From an uncultured Verrucomicrobiae bacterium (GTDB taxonomy: Bacteria; Verrucomicrobiota; Verrucomicrobiia; Chthoniobacterales; JAFAMB01), in the NCBI GenBank assembly GCA_963762565.1, contig CAVXLD010000003.1:832001-896000 (forward strand): a DNA stretch of 64,000 nucleotides. The letters are read 5' to 3'. The position numbers were made by a program, and so were the translations under genes. This document shows, one piece after another, positions 47,621-57,510 of this stretch (position 1 is its first letter; every line of letters starts with the position of its first letter). The notes under the pieces were generated by a model. It searched no databases and was not told where the DNA came from. It saw only the letters and a list, made by a program, of their open reading frames with translations.

Positions 47621-48454
47621 CTAGGCGTACACCGCCTCGATCGTGCCCTTGACCCTTACCGCATCGCCCAACGAAATCCTCCCCGTTCGCCGGACCGTGA
47701 GGTTCTGACCGAAATAAACTCCTTCGCCAAACCGCCGGTAACTCGACAACGTTCGAATCGGCTCCGGACCGGTTCGTTCACCAGTAAGCTGATCGATTGT
47801 CGGGACCGAACAACGGGCGCTCGCTTTCGTACCGCACAACAGCGCCGAGCCAACCTCAAACTCGCCCCATTGATCTTCGGCGAACGGTTCTTGCCCGGAC
47901 ACCACAATGTTTGGCCGAAAACGATCAATCGGCACGGGTTGGCTTAGCCGGGCATTCAGGTCCGCTATCGTGGCTTCGCCGATCAATAAGACTGGGTATC
48001 CATCAGCGAACCCAACAATGTCCCCTGATCGAGCGAACCTCGGATTCACCGGGCGCCCCGTCGTCTCGGGCATAAAAACGAGATTACATTCAAAGTTAAG
48101 GATCTGTGATAACCAAGGCCCCGGGTCCGCCAGTAACGCTGCTTCCACTTGATCATTCCAGACGGTCACCTGGATTTTCGGTGCGGTCTCGGGAGGCTTA
48201 ACCGGAACGGTAATCCGGGTGTTCCCATGAATCAGCAAAAGCTCCGCGCCTGTAATTGCCGCTTTGATGGTTGCCATCTTTGGCAATTGCCGCTGAGATA
48301 GAAACAGTTGGTCTTCCCCCACCAACATCCAGCGACGGTCCCAGGCGAGCCCACGTTCTTGAACTTCTGCCGTCTCGAGCAACTGACCACCAAGACCTTT
48401 AACGGGGTAGACCGCCAATCGAATGACTCTCCCGGCAAATTCGCTATCCGACAT
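47621..48454 (-). CDS. MOSC domain protein
   Basis: YPVKG, DRRWM, FADGYP, RFRPNIV and RC motifs. Confidence 0.93.
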   Translation of the reverse strand: MSDSEFAGRVIRLAVYPVKGLGGQLLETAEVQERGLAWDRRWMLVGEDQLFLSQRQLPKMATIKAAITGAELLLIHGNTRITVPVKPPETAPKIQVTVWNDQVEAALLADPGPWLSQILNFECNLVFMPETTGRPVNPRFARSGDIVGFADGYPVLLIGEATIADLNARLSQPVPIDRFRPNIVVSGQEPFAEDQWGEFEVGSALLCGTKASARCSVPTIDQLTGERTGPEPIRTLSSYRRFGEGVYFGQNLTVRRTGRISLGDAVRVKGTIEAVYA

Positions 48455-48488
48455 CGCCCATTGTTAGGCTGAGACCCCTCAAGATTCA

Positions 48489-48777
48489 AACCGCGAATGG
48501 ATCCGCCTTCGCCGAGCCTACGGCGCGACAGGCTAAAATGAACACGAATAAAAGACTCCAACCGCAGATGGACGCAGATAGACGCAGATTTCGGTCTGGA
48601 GCGGGATCTTGTCGCGGGGTACTAGGACCCGCGGCGCTTGGAAACGATGTGTTTATTCTTCCGCGGTGTGCCACACCTTAAAACGAAATCTGCGTAATCT
48701 GCGCAATCTGCGGATCGTTCCTCTTGATTCCGTTCTCTCGCGACGCCACTCAAAATCTGCATCTATCTGCGGTTGAG
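48489..48777. repeat. Nested nonamer cassette with REP insertion
   Basis: Arrays at 48560-48590, 48687-48714 and 48755-48775. Confidence 0.8.
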
Positions 48778-48825
48778 TGGCCTCTATTCTCGGTCGCCTG
48801 GGTGCCGAGAAGCGCCTAGCAAAGG

Positions 48826-49290
48826 TTATAGCGGCTTACGGAAGTGCACGCAGCGATCCACTACTTGATAGCCTAACGCCCGATGAGCAGTTTGAGAAAT
48901 TTCGTTGTCGATCTGGGTATCCGAACCCATCTCTTTGCAGCCCTGGTTAGATGCCCAATCTTCAGCCGCGGCCAACAGCCTCCGCCCAATTCCCTTTCGC
49001 CGGCAGTCCGGAACAACGTACCAACCTTCAATGAAGCCAACTGGACGAGACGTGTCACACCCGTCGGCGTGTGAGCGAAGACCGACCTGAACGAATCCCG
49101 CGACTCGCCCATCAATCGTTTCAGCCACGAGGTTAGTGGCTGGCATACCAGTGTTTCCGCTCATTATTCCGGTAACTTCGCAACAACGTTCCGCGGCAGA
49201 GGCGTCCGGCCAGAGCGCGTAATATAAGGATGCCAACACTTCGAGATCTGAGTCCCGAGCCGCTCGAATACTGACAGGTGACAAACACAT
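48826..49290 (-). CDS. GNAT acetyltransferase, AAC(6')-I-like
   Basis: ALWPD, LRSHADGC, VGFIEGWYV, EMGSD and HRALGY motifs. Confidence 0.85.
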   Translation of the reverse strand: MCLSPVSIRAARDSDLEVLASLYYALWPDASAAERCCEVTGIMSGNTGMPATNLVAETIDGRVAGFVQVGLRSHADGCDTSRPVGFIEGWYVVPDCRRKGIGRRLLAAAEDWASNQGCKEMGSDTQIDNEISQTAHRALGYQVVDRCVHFRKPL

Positions 49291-49447
49291 TTTTCCTGGC
49301 CCAGCGATTAGTGATGCCCCGCGACAATATCCGGCTCGAGACCGAAATCTGCGTAATCTGCGGATATTTTTTCTTCATTCCGTTCTCTAGTGACGCCACC
49401 CCAAATCTGTGGTTCGGTGGGCCCGAGCTGACATCTGCGGTTTAGTC

Positions 49448-49669
49448 ATGGACAATCAGGCTTACGACTTAGTGGTGATTGGTGGCGGTCCTGCGGGAGC
49501 GGCTGCCGCGTGGCGTGCAACCCTGTTTGGGAAACACGTTGCTTTGGTTGAAAAAAAGGAAAACTTGGGTGGCGCCGGCATCAATACTGGCACGATCCCA
49601 AGCAAAACCCTGCGAGAAACCGCCCTTGCCTTAACCGGTTGGCGGTCCCGGGAGCTGTTCGGTGATTAG
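49448..49669 (+). pseudogene. sthA: N-terminal fragment of soluble transhydrogenase-like flavoprotein
   Basis: YDLVVIGGGPAG...GGAGINTGTIPSKTLRE, stops after 73 aa. Confidence 0.8.
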
Positions 49670-49720
49670 TGGAAGCGGCGCGGCACCTTGTCCCTGAGGG
49701 TACGGTGTCATCCCTGCCTT

Positions 49721-50761
49721 CTAGTTCGGCCGGATATCAACGACGTATACACGACCCTCGAAACTCTCATTACCGGTCAGAGAAGTAGCCATTATATAAG
49801 CGCGGCGCCCATCCGGCGCTGCCGCGACCGCTTGGGGAGCCTGAACGTTGATCTGATTACCGGCAATTTCATTGGAAACAGTGTTAACCATCAAGACATC
49901 GTCTGCACCGGTAAACGGCTCATAAAGAAACTTACCATCGAGGGTAATGCCAGGTTGGCCCTGGTAACCCCCGCTGTAGGGCATGGCAATCCTTCCAATC
50001 ATTTGATTGGTGTTAGTATCAACCACCCAGATCGACCGCCGGGTGTTAATAAAGAGTTTGTTTCCCTTTGGGCTCATGGTTAGGAAGCCAGGGATCGCAC
50101 GGCGTGCTTTCAGCGGTAGTTGGATGGTTGTGGTTACCTGTTCGTTGGCTAAGTTGATTACAAAAATATCATGCTCTGAGATTAAGTAACCAAAGTTACC
50201 GTTAGGCGTTATCACGATCTCATCACCGCCGGCTTTGATTGCGTTCGGTATTAATTGATTGTTGGCCGTATCAATAATGGAGACGGAATTTTGGAAGGGA
50301 GTACAGACGTAGATCTTCTTTCCATCCGGGCTCGCTGTCAGCCCCATCGGGAGTGAGACCGACAGAGTCGTCGTGACCGTGCCCGAGACGGTCGACACGA
50401 CATAAACGGTGGAATCGTTCGCCGCATAAAGAGCTTTTCCATCGGATGTTATTGTCAAAGCATGCGGCTCACTGCCGATCGTTATCCTGGATTTCACCGT
50501 ATTCGTCGCGGTGTTTATCACCGTGACCATACCGTTGGTGTTTGTGAAATCAGTTACGTAGACCGATTCGCCATCGGGACTTACTACCATACCGGTTGGA
50601 TAAACGTTGGATCCCAAAGGAATGGTCGCGACGATACGGTTTACCGGAACTCCGGCTTCTGCGGCCAGAGACCGGCTGGTTAGTTCTTGAGCGAATCCAG
50701 GGTCCAGAGTCGACCAAACAACCAGGCCGGCAAAAAGGACAACTCTACAGCGGAGGATCAT
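49721..50761 (-). CDS. YVTN/YncE family beta-propeller protein
   Basis: Signal peptide; repeated SPDG..YV...V.VI.T units; ATG overlaps the coxG stop codon. Confidence 0.88.
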   Translation of the reverse strand: MILRCRVVLFAGLVVWSTLDPGFAQELTSRSLAAEAGVPVNRIVATIPLGSNVYPTGMVVSPDGESVYVTDFTNTNGMVTVINTATNTVKSRITIGSEPHALTITSDGKALYAANDSTVYVVSTVSGTVTTTLSVSLPMGLTASPDGKKIYVCTPFQNSVSIIDTANNQLIPNAIKAGGDEIVITPNGNFGYLISEHDIFVINLANEQVTTTIQLPLKARRAIPGFLTMSPKGNKLFINTRRSIWVVDTNTNQMIGRIAMPYSGGYQGQPGITLDGKFLYEPFTGADDVLMVNTVSNEIAGNQINVQAPQAVAAAPDGRRAYIMATSLTGNESFEGRVYVVDIRPN

Positions 50762-51201
50762 TTTGATTCTTCCATCTGGTAGCCGATCTTCCGCAAAAAA
50801 TCTTGCAGCATCTTTTTGCCCGCGGCTTCCACCAGCCGTGACCCCACGGCAGCGATCAAGCCGCCGACTTGGCCATCGGCGTCGCATTGGAGTTCGCTTC
50901 CTTCGCCCTTTGGGGTGATTTGAATTTTCGCGGTTCCTTTCACCCACCCCGGGGCGCCGTTACCTTCCGCTTGAAGCGTGAATGATTCCGGCGGTCTTTT
51001 CTCGGAGATACGGACTTTGCCGGTGTAATTTCCTTTTATACCGGCAACACCGATTCTCAGTTTAGCATCGTAGCTATCTTCTCCGGTCTTCTCCATTTGC
51101 TCGCATCCCTCGATGCATTTCTGGAGAACAGCGGGATCGACGAGCGCTGTGAATAGTTTCTCGGGTGGGGCCTTATATTCGTATGTCGCCTGAATCTTCA
51201 T
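50758..51201 (-). CDS. coxG: CoxG (SRPBCC) accessory protein
   Basis: DPAVLQKCIEGC and VGGLIAAVGSRL motifs. Confidence 0.9.
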   Translation of the reverse strand: MKIQATYEYKAPPEKLFTALVDPAVLQKCIEGCEQMEKTGEDSYDAKLRIGVAGIKGNYTGKVRISEKRPPESFTLQAEGNGAPGWVKGTAKIQITPKGEGSELQCDADGQVGGLIAAVGSRLVEAAGKKMLQDFLRKIGYQMEESK

Positions 51202-51221
51202 CCCATTCCGAAGCCGAAAAG

Positions 51222-51488
51222 ATCCACAGATTACTCCGATTACACAGATTTCGTTTAGGATCGAGAAACAAAAGCTTTTAACCGCAGATGGACACAGATT
51301 GACGCAGATTAGGTTTAAGTGTCTGATCGCCCCTGTGAGCGGAGGCGCACGAAAGAGAGCGGCTGTTCAACAAACAGGTGAAGTCGAAACTCGAAGCGTA
51401 ATCTGCGTAATCTGCGGATATTTTATCTTCACCTGCGTCCATTTGCGGTTGTTCGACTTGCCTTAACTCTGTGTCTCTGTGGTGAAAT
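51222..51488. repeat. Nonamer inverted cassette within the cox operon
   Basis: ccgcagatggacacagat ... atctgcgtaatctgcgga. Confidence 0.8.
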
Positions 51489-51523
51489 TCTCTGCGGATC
51501 GTAAATTTCGGTTTTGATTTTAG

Positions 51524-52369
51524 TTATCCCCGGCTCACGGCAGCCCACAGCGCTCGTTTGGCTTGTACGCGCGCAAGATGCGCCCGGAAATCTGCCGATG
51601 CGTGAATGTCCGAGAGCGGATCGATCCCGTCTGCCGCTTTCTCAGCCGCGGCTGCAATCGAGTCGGCAGTTGGCTCCTGCCCCCGAAGCAACGACTCGGT
51701 CCCTTTTGCCCGATAAGCCTTGGCCGCAACTCCAGTGACTGCCACTGCAACCTCCTTCTTGTTCCTGTCCAAAATGGCGGCTACCCCGGCAATGGCAAAC
51801 CCGCTCGCCTTCTGGGCAAACTTCACGTATGCGGCCGTGCTGGCTGTAGCCGGCACATGGATGAATTTTAGAATCTCATTCGGTCCGACCGCCGAGGTCA
51901 AAATATCCACGAAGAAATCCTTCGCCGCGACCGTCCGGGTCCCGTTGGGGCCTGCGATCTCGAACTCCGCGTCGAGCGCCAGCATCGCGGCGGGCCAATC
52001 ACCCGCCGGATCCGCATGAACACAACTCCCACCGATGGTCCCTTTGTTGCGGACCTGCACATCGCCGATCTTCCCGGCTACTTCGGGGAGTAACGGACAG
52101 GATCCCTTGAGCAAGTCGGATGACTCGATTTCGTAATGGGTCGTTAATGCGCCGATCGCAATCGTCCCATTTTGTCGGCTGACCGAACGCAGGTCAGCGA
52201 TCCGGCCAATATCGATGAGGACCTTCGGTTGTGACAACCGGAGCTTCATCGCCGGAATCAAGCTATGGCCTCCTGCGAGTATTTTCGCGTCATCGCCATG
52301 TTTAGCCAGCAGATCGAGCGCTTCGTCCAGGCTGGAAGCCCTCACATAATCAAATGCGGCCGGGATCAT
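51524..52369 (-). CDS. coxM: CO/xanthine dehydrogenase FAD subunit
   Basis: LAGGHSLIP and QVRNKGTIGG motifs. Confidence 0.93.
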   Translation of the reverse strand: MIPAAFDYVRASSLDEALDLLAKHGDDAKILAGGHSLIPAMKLRLSQPKVLIDIGRIADLRSVSRQNGTIAIGALTTHYEIESSDLLKGSCPLLPEVAGKIGDVQVRNKGTIGGSCVHADPAGDWPAAMLALDAEFEIAGPNGTRTVAAKDFFVDILTSAVGPNEILKFIHVPATASTAAYVKFAQKASGFAIAGVAAILDRNKKEVAVAVTGVAAKAYRAKGTESLLRGQEPTADSIAAAAEKAADGIDPLSDIHASADFRAHLARVQAKRALWAAVSRG

Positions 52370-54732
52370 AAGGCACCCCCTTTCTCTTGGATTGCCCGCC
52401 ACACCCGTTCAGGTGTGAATGGCAAATCCAGGTGAAGAATCCCTAGTGGCGAAAGCGCATCGATCACCCCGTTCCCAATACAAGGTGTCGCACCGATCGT
52501 TCCGGCTTCGCCCACCCCTTTCACGCCAAGCAGATTTGAAGGTGACGGTGTCTCCGTGCTGCCCAGCGCGTACTCCGGTATATCCAAAGCGCGCGGTATC
52601 GCGTAATCCATGAATTCACCGGTTAATAATTGGCCGTTCTCGTCGTACACCGTTCGTTCCATCAGCACTGCGCCGAGGGATTGAGCGATGCCGCCTTGTA
52701 CCTGGCCCTCAATGAGCAGCGGGTTCACCTGTTTACCGCAATCATCGACCGCAGTGTATTTCAGGATCTTGACCTGACCGGTCTCGCGATCCACTTCCAC
52801 CGCACAGATATGGGTCCCGAACGGGAACGTACAGTTAGGCGGTTCGAAGAAACTGGATGCCTCAAGTCCCGGCTCAAACCCAGGAGGCAGATTCTTCGCG
52901 ACGTAGGCCTCGCTGGCCAGCTGACCCCAACCGATATTCTTCGCTTCGCTGCCGCGCACGAAGAACTTACCGTCGGCGAACTCGATGTCAGCCGGCGCCG
53001 CCTCCAAAAGCGCAGCCGCTAATGTCTTGGTTTTCTCGATAATCTTATCGATCGACATCGCGATCGCCGTCCCGCCGAGCGCGGTCGCCCGGCTGCCATA
53101 AGTGTCCCGGCCGAAATGCGCGGTAGCAGTGTCTCCACGCAGAACGACGACATCCTCAATCGGAATCCCTAGTCGATCGGCTGCGATTTGAGCGAAACTC
53201 GTCTCTTGGCCTTGTCCATGCGGCGTTGCCCCGGTAATCACCGTTACTTTTCCGGAGATCTCGATCCTCACACAGCCCCATTCCCAGCCTCCTGCGGCCA
53301 TGATCTTCGAAGGACCGAGGGCGCAGATCTCAACGTATGTCGAGATACCGATCCCGAACAGCCGACCCTCCGCGCGGGCATTTTCACGCTCTTTCAACAA
53401 TCGCGGCCATTGGGCTAGTCCCTTCGCCTTCTCCAGCGCCGCCTGATAGTTGCCGCTATCGTACTGTAGTCCGGTAATGGTCGTGAACGGGAACTCTTCC
53501 GGACCGGGCATGTTCTTTAGCCGGATCTCTATCGGATCTAGACCGAGCTCGTCGGCCACATAGTCCATGACTCGCTCGATGATATAGGTTGCCTCTGGCC
53601 GGCCGGCGCCACGATAAGCATCGGCTGACATCTTATTGGTGTGAACCCCGGTGATGTCGACCTTGACCGCTTTGAGCTTGTAACAACCGCCAATCATCAA
53701 GCCGGTAAGCGTGGGGATCGCCGGAGTGAGCAACTGCAGATAAGAACCGATATCGGCGATGATCTTCGATCGGATCGCTAAAACCGAACCGTCGTTCTTA
53801 ACCGCAACCTCGTGATCTCCGATCTGGTCCCGTCCGTGGATCGTAACCGCAGCGTTTTCCCGCCGGCCCTCGATCCATTTGATCGGCCGCTGTAGGCGCA
53901 TCGCCAGATGGCTGACCACGGCTTCTTCTGAGTAAAGATTGAGCTTGGACCCGAATCCGCCGCCAACCTCGGGGGCGACCACGCGCAGCTTATTCTCCGG
54001 AATACCGATCATTCCGGGTAACAGTGTCCGGATCAGATGCGGGATCTGGGTTGATGTCCACAAGGTGAGCGTTTGCTCACCCGAATGCCAGGAGGCCGCG
54101 CAGCCGCGCGGCTCAAGCGCCATCGGCGTCAGGCGCTGATGAAGAATCCGGAGCTTAAGGACCCGATCCGCCTCTTTGAAAGCAGCGTCGAGGTCGCCAC
54201 CCGCCAGACCCCAGGTAAAGGCCACGTTAGTCCCGAGGTCGGGATGGGTCAGCGGCGCATCTGTTTCTAACGCCTTCTCCGGATCAACCACCGCCGGCAA
54301 CGGCTCGTAATCGACTTCGACCAGTTCCAGAGCATCTCGCGCAATCGTTCGCGTCTTGGCCACAATCACGGCAACCGGATGGCCCACAAAATAAACTCGG
54401 GAGCTGGCTAACACCGTATGCACCGGCGATTTCCCACCGGGTAATGGGGTGGCACACGGAATCGTTCCTGCTTTCTCGTTTATATCGGCTCCGGTAAACA
54501 CGCCGATAACGCCGGGGAGATTCTTAGCAGCCTCGGTATTTATGGACTTGATGTTCGCATTGGCGTGCGGGCTCCGGACGAACTCGGCATGGACTACTCC
54601 TGCAAGCTGTAAATCATCAACATAGGTCGCCTCGCCTTTGAGCAGCCGCGGGTCTTCTACCCGCTTCATTGCCCGCCCAAAATATTTCGGGGAAGACTTT
54701 GTTAGAGGGGGTTTCTCGGTGGTAGTGGACAT
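52366..54732 (-). CDS. coxL: Molybdopterin large subunit, form II CoxL-like
   Basis: AYRGAGRPE active-site loop; GGGFGSK, HGQGQET and KGVGEAG motifs. Confidence 0.93.
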   Translation of the reverse strand: MSTTTEKPPLTKSSPKYFGRAMKRVEDPRLLKGEATYVDDLQLAGVVHAEFVRSPHANANIKSINTEAAKNLPGVIGVFTGADINEKAGTIPCATPLPGGKSPVHTVLASSRVYFVGHPVAVIVAKTRTIARDALELVEVDYEPLPAVVDPEKALETDAPLTHPDLGTNVAFTWGLAGGDLDAAFKEADRVLKLRILHQRLTPMALEPRGCAASWHSGEQTLTLWTSTQIPHLIRTLLPGMIGIPENKLRVVAPEVGGGFGSKLNLYSEEAVVSHLAMRLQRPIKWIEGRRENAAVTIHGRDQIGDHEVAVKNDGSVLAIRSKIIADIGSYLQLLTPAIPTLTGLMIGGCYKLKAVKVDITGVHTNKMSADAYRGAGRPEATYIIERVMDYVADELGLDPIEIRLKNMPGPEEFPFTTITGLQYDSGNYQAALEKAKGLAQWPRLLKERENARAEGRLFGIGISTYVEICALGPSKIMAAGGWEWGCVRIEISGKVTVITGATPHGQGQETSFAQIAADRLGIPIEDVVVLRGDTATAHFGRDTYGSRATALGGTAIAMSIDKIIEKTKTLAAALLEAAPADIEFADGKFFVRGSEAKNIGWGQLASEAYVAKNLPPGFEPGLEASSFFEPPNCTFPFGTHICAVEVDRETGQVKILKYTAVDDCGKQVNPLLIEGQVQGGIAQSLGAVLMERTVYDENGQLLTGEFMDYAIPRALDIPEYALGSTETPSPSNLLGVKGVGEAGTIGATPCIGNGVIDALSPLGILHLDLPFTPERVWRAIQEKGGAL

Positions 54733-54734
54733 CT

Positions 54735-55205
54735 TTAGACTCGTCCTTTCTTTGCCGCATATTCAACGGCTTCGATAATATGGGTGTAACCTGTGCATCG
54801 GCAGAGGTTGCCATCGAGCGCATGCCGGATCTCGTCGCGCGACGGCGAATCGTTGCGTTCGAGGAGTTGCACTGCGGTCATCATCATACCCGGTGTGCAA
54901 TACCCGCACTGCAGGCCGTGGCACTCCCAGAATCCTTCCTGGACAGGGTGCATGTCGCCATTGCTAGCGAGACCCTCGACCGTGGTCACTTCTGCGCCGT
55001 CCGCCTGGACGGCAAACATGGTACAGGATTTAACGGCTTGCCCGTCAACGAGGACGGTGCACGCGCCGCAAACGCTGGTCTCGCATCCCACGTGCGTACC
55101 GGTCAGGCCACACGTTTCCCTTAAAAATTGAGCCAGCAACAAACGAGGCTCTACCTCGGCTTCGTGCAGGACTCCGTTGACGCGAATCTTAACGGACATG
55201 TTCAT
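54735..55205 (-). CDS. coxS: 2Fe-2S small subunit
   Basis: GCETSVCGAC, QCGYCTPG and NLCRC motifs. Confidence 0.95.
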   Translation of the reverse strand: MNMSVKIRVNGVLHEAEVEPRLLLAQFLRETCGLTGTHVGCETSVCGACTVLVDGQAVKSCTMFAVQADGAEVTTVEGLASNGDMHPVQEGFWECHGLQCGYCTPGMMMTAVQLLERNDSPSRDEIRHALDGNLCRCTGYTHIIEAVEYAAKKGRV

Positions 55206-55295
55206 GGGTGCTCTCCTTCGGAATCGGAAAGGCGTTTCCCCAAAGCCCTTTTTTTAAGTAAATCGTTCTGGAAGAACCAAGCAAGACAAATTCGT

Positions 55296-55563
55296 AGGAG
55301 TTCAGGAGTTGCAGGAGTTCGAGGCGGAGGCCGTGGAGCGCTGCCTCGCTTGCGAGGCCGTCGGGACCAAGGGAGAACTCTTATGGCGCGACCGCATCAT
55401 TGTCTGCGCTCTAGATCGGTCTGTCTGCCTTTTCACCCCCGCAGCAGTCCCGCCGGACAATGCGTCAGGCCTCGCCCTCACCTTCGGTCACAACGGCCTC
55501 GCAAGCGAGGCAACGCTCCACGCGTTCGCGCCTCCTTGAACTCCTGCAACTCCTTGAACTCCT
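55296..55563. repeat. Double-nested inverted cassette
   Basis: Outer AGGAGTT/AACTCCT arrays; inner REP pair 55331-55361 and 55493-55524. Confidence 0.9.
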
Positions 55564-55735
55564 TCATTGCCATTTGCATGCCACCCCGCTACTCTCGGCC
55601 CCTTTCATGTTCGAGGTCTCCAAGGGAAACAACGGAAACAAAATGGTGGAACAAAACTACCCGAGTATTTCTCCCGCCAGTTCACATCCCACGTAATCGA
55701 TTGATTCGCGACGAATTCCATCCCCATCGCCGAAC

Positions 55736-57004
55736 ATGCTCATCCCAACTGCCCCTCGTACAGGAACCCAGTCGTGGGCCCATGAACGTACCCGTAAATC
55801 GGTCCTTTCGTTTCCTGCCGGCTTTATTCCGATAGCCACCATTTTCGCGTTTATGTGTTTCCGCGGGGTGCTTGACGCCCCGGACGCGTCTGCGGAAAAG
55901 CAGGTTCGCTTTTCTTCCTTGGATGAACTCTCACGCTCGATCCATTCCGAAGGAGCCAACGCGCAATTCGAAGGCTGCTTTATCAACGTTTCCGGTGAAT
56001 TGCCCTGTAACCATGGCGGATCGCTAGCTGAGCTCCCGGACGGATCGCTAGTTTGCACCTGGTACGCGGCATCCAGCGAAGCTGCGCCTGACGCGCGGAT
56101 CTGCTGTTCCCAACTAGTAAAGGGCAGCCATCGTTGGACTGAACCCGAAGTGATCGTCCGGCCGCAAACGCCAATACAGGGTCATTGGTTCGCCAACAAA
56201 TCTGTCGGGGACACCGTCCTTTTCCTGGATCGCGAGCAATGCCTGTGGCTTTTCTTTGCCGGCGTTACGATCGGGGGCTGGTCAGGAGCACACGTCGATT
56301 TTGTCGTATCGCACGATTCCGGCCGGCATTGGTCCCCGGTACAAACGCTGATTGACGGCTTTGGCCAGTCACCCCGGAGCAAGTTGGTGAAGCTAGCCGA
56401 TGGTCAGGTCATGATCCCGCTCTCCTCCTGGTTATTCCATTGGGAAGGCTACACCGTTTGTTTGAACCTAGCCGACGGTCAGGTCATCAAGAAAGGTGTC
56501 GCTGCAAAAATCCCCGGCCCGGAAAATAGCCAACCTAGCCTGGTCACGCTGAATAATCGCGATGTCGTCGCTTATCTCCGAAACCCGCGCGGCGGCCATG
56601 TTCTATTTTCAAAATGGGATCCTTCACTGAACCAGTGGTCGCCGGCAAAGCCCATCAATTTGCCGAGCCCGGACTCAGCGGTTGACGCTATCGCTTGCGA
56701 AGACGGCGTGTTAGCCGTCTACACCTCCGACGCAAATCACCGATTCGGCATGAGCGTCGCCTGGTCGGCAGATGGTGAGCATTTTTCTCCCCTCACCAGT
56801 TTCGGCGACCGTAGAGATGTCAGTGTCTCTTATCCCACCCTGATCCGATCCAGCGACGGCGACTATCATCTGGTCTACACCTATGGCGGACGTTCGATGA
56901 TCAAGTACCTTCATTTGCCGCAGAAATGGATCCACGACGAGGTAGCGAAAGTGCGCGCGGCTGGCAGCCCGTGGAGCGCTGCCTCGCTTGCGAGGCCGTG
57001 GTGA
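55736..57004 (+). CDS. BNR/Asp-box sialidase-like beta-propeller
   Basis: SHDSGRHWS and SADGEHFS Asp boxes; SYPTLI; start uncertain. Confidence 0.85.
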   Translation: MLIPTAPRTGTQSWAHERTRKSVLSFPAGFIPIATIFAFMCFRGVLDAPDASAEKQVRFSSLDELSRSIHSEGANAQFEGCFINVSGELPCNHGGSLAELPDGSLVCTWYAASSEAAPDARICCSQLVKGSHRWTEPEVIVRPQTPIQGHWFANKSVGDTVLFLDREQCLWLFFAGVTIGGWSGAHVDFVVSHDSGRHWSPVQTLIDGFGQSPRSKLVKLADGQVMIPLSSWLFHWEGYTVCLNLADGQVIKKGVAAKIPGPENSQPSLVTLNNRDVVAYLRNPRGGHVLFSKWDPSLNQWSPAKPINLPSPDSAVDAIACEDGVLAVYTSDANHRFGMSVAWSADGEHFSPLTSFGDRRDVSVSYPTLIRSSDGDYHLVYTYGGRSMIKYLHLPQKWIHDEVAKVRAAGSPWSAASLARPW

Positions 57005-57343
57005 TTTGGTGGGGCGAGGCTCCCGAACGGCCCGGGGCTGCCCTCAACGAGGGCGATCGATTTCTGCCGCTGGAAGCCCGCGCCGACAGACGTGCCGAGC
57101 CGCCGACCCCTGATGTGCCACCGACAAAACGCGAGGCCGTAGGATAGATCGAGTAGCGCATCTTGGCATAGCACGTGGCAACGAAATTAGCCCTGGGCCT
57201 TTCGCGGCTCGGCACGTCTCTCGGCGTTGCCCACGATTCATTACGACCAGTCAGAACCGTGGCGAAAGATAACCGGTCGTTCGGGAGCCTCGCCCCACCT
57301 AAGACCCCTTTCGGCCTCGCAAGCGAGGCAACGCTCCACGGGC
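56967..57343. repeat. Double-nested inverted cassette
   Basis: Outer 56967-56998/57312-57343; inner GGTGGGGCGAGGCTCCCGAACG pair at 57008 and 57273-57299. Confidence 0.9.
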
Positions 57344-57510
57344 GTCCCTCTGTCACGGAACGTTCTCCCATCCGGTCTTCGGTCCGGAAACCATTCACTC
57401 CTTGAACTCCTGCAACTCCCCGACTCCGCGAAGCCTACGTCGCGGCTGGCCTTGAACTCCGTCCTTTGCTATTCGCTATTTTCGAAGCGCTGACCGCTTC
57501 GCACCGCCCC

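Noticed and set aside
49667..49720. Stop-codon read-through of the sthA-like fragment
   Set aside because: Sequence after the TAG shows no flavoprotein similarity and meets a convergent gene.
52366..54732. Bona fide form I CO dehydrogenase
   Set aside because: The active-site loop is AYRGAGR, not AYXCSFR.
57163..57181. Sigma54-like TGGCA..GC site
   Set aside because: GG-to-GC spacing is 11 rather than 10, and it lies inside a repeat spacer.
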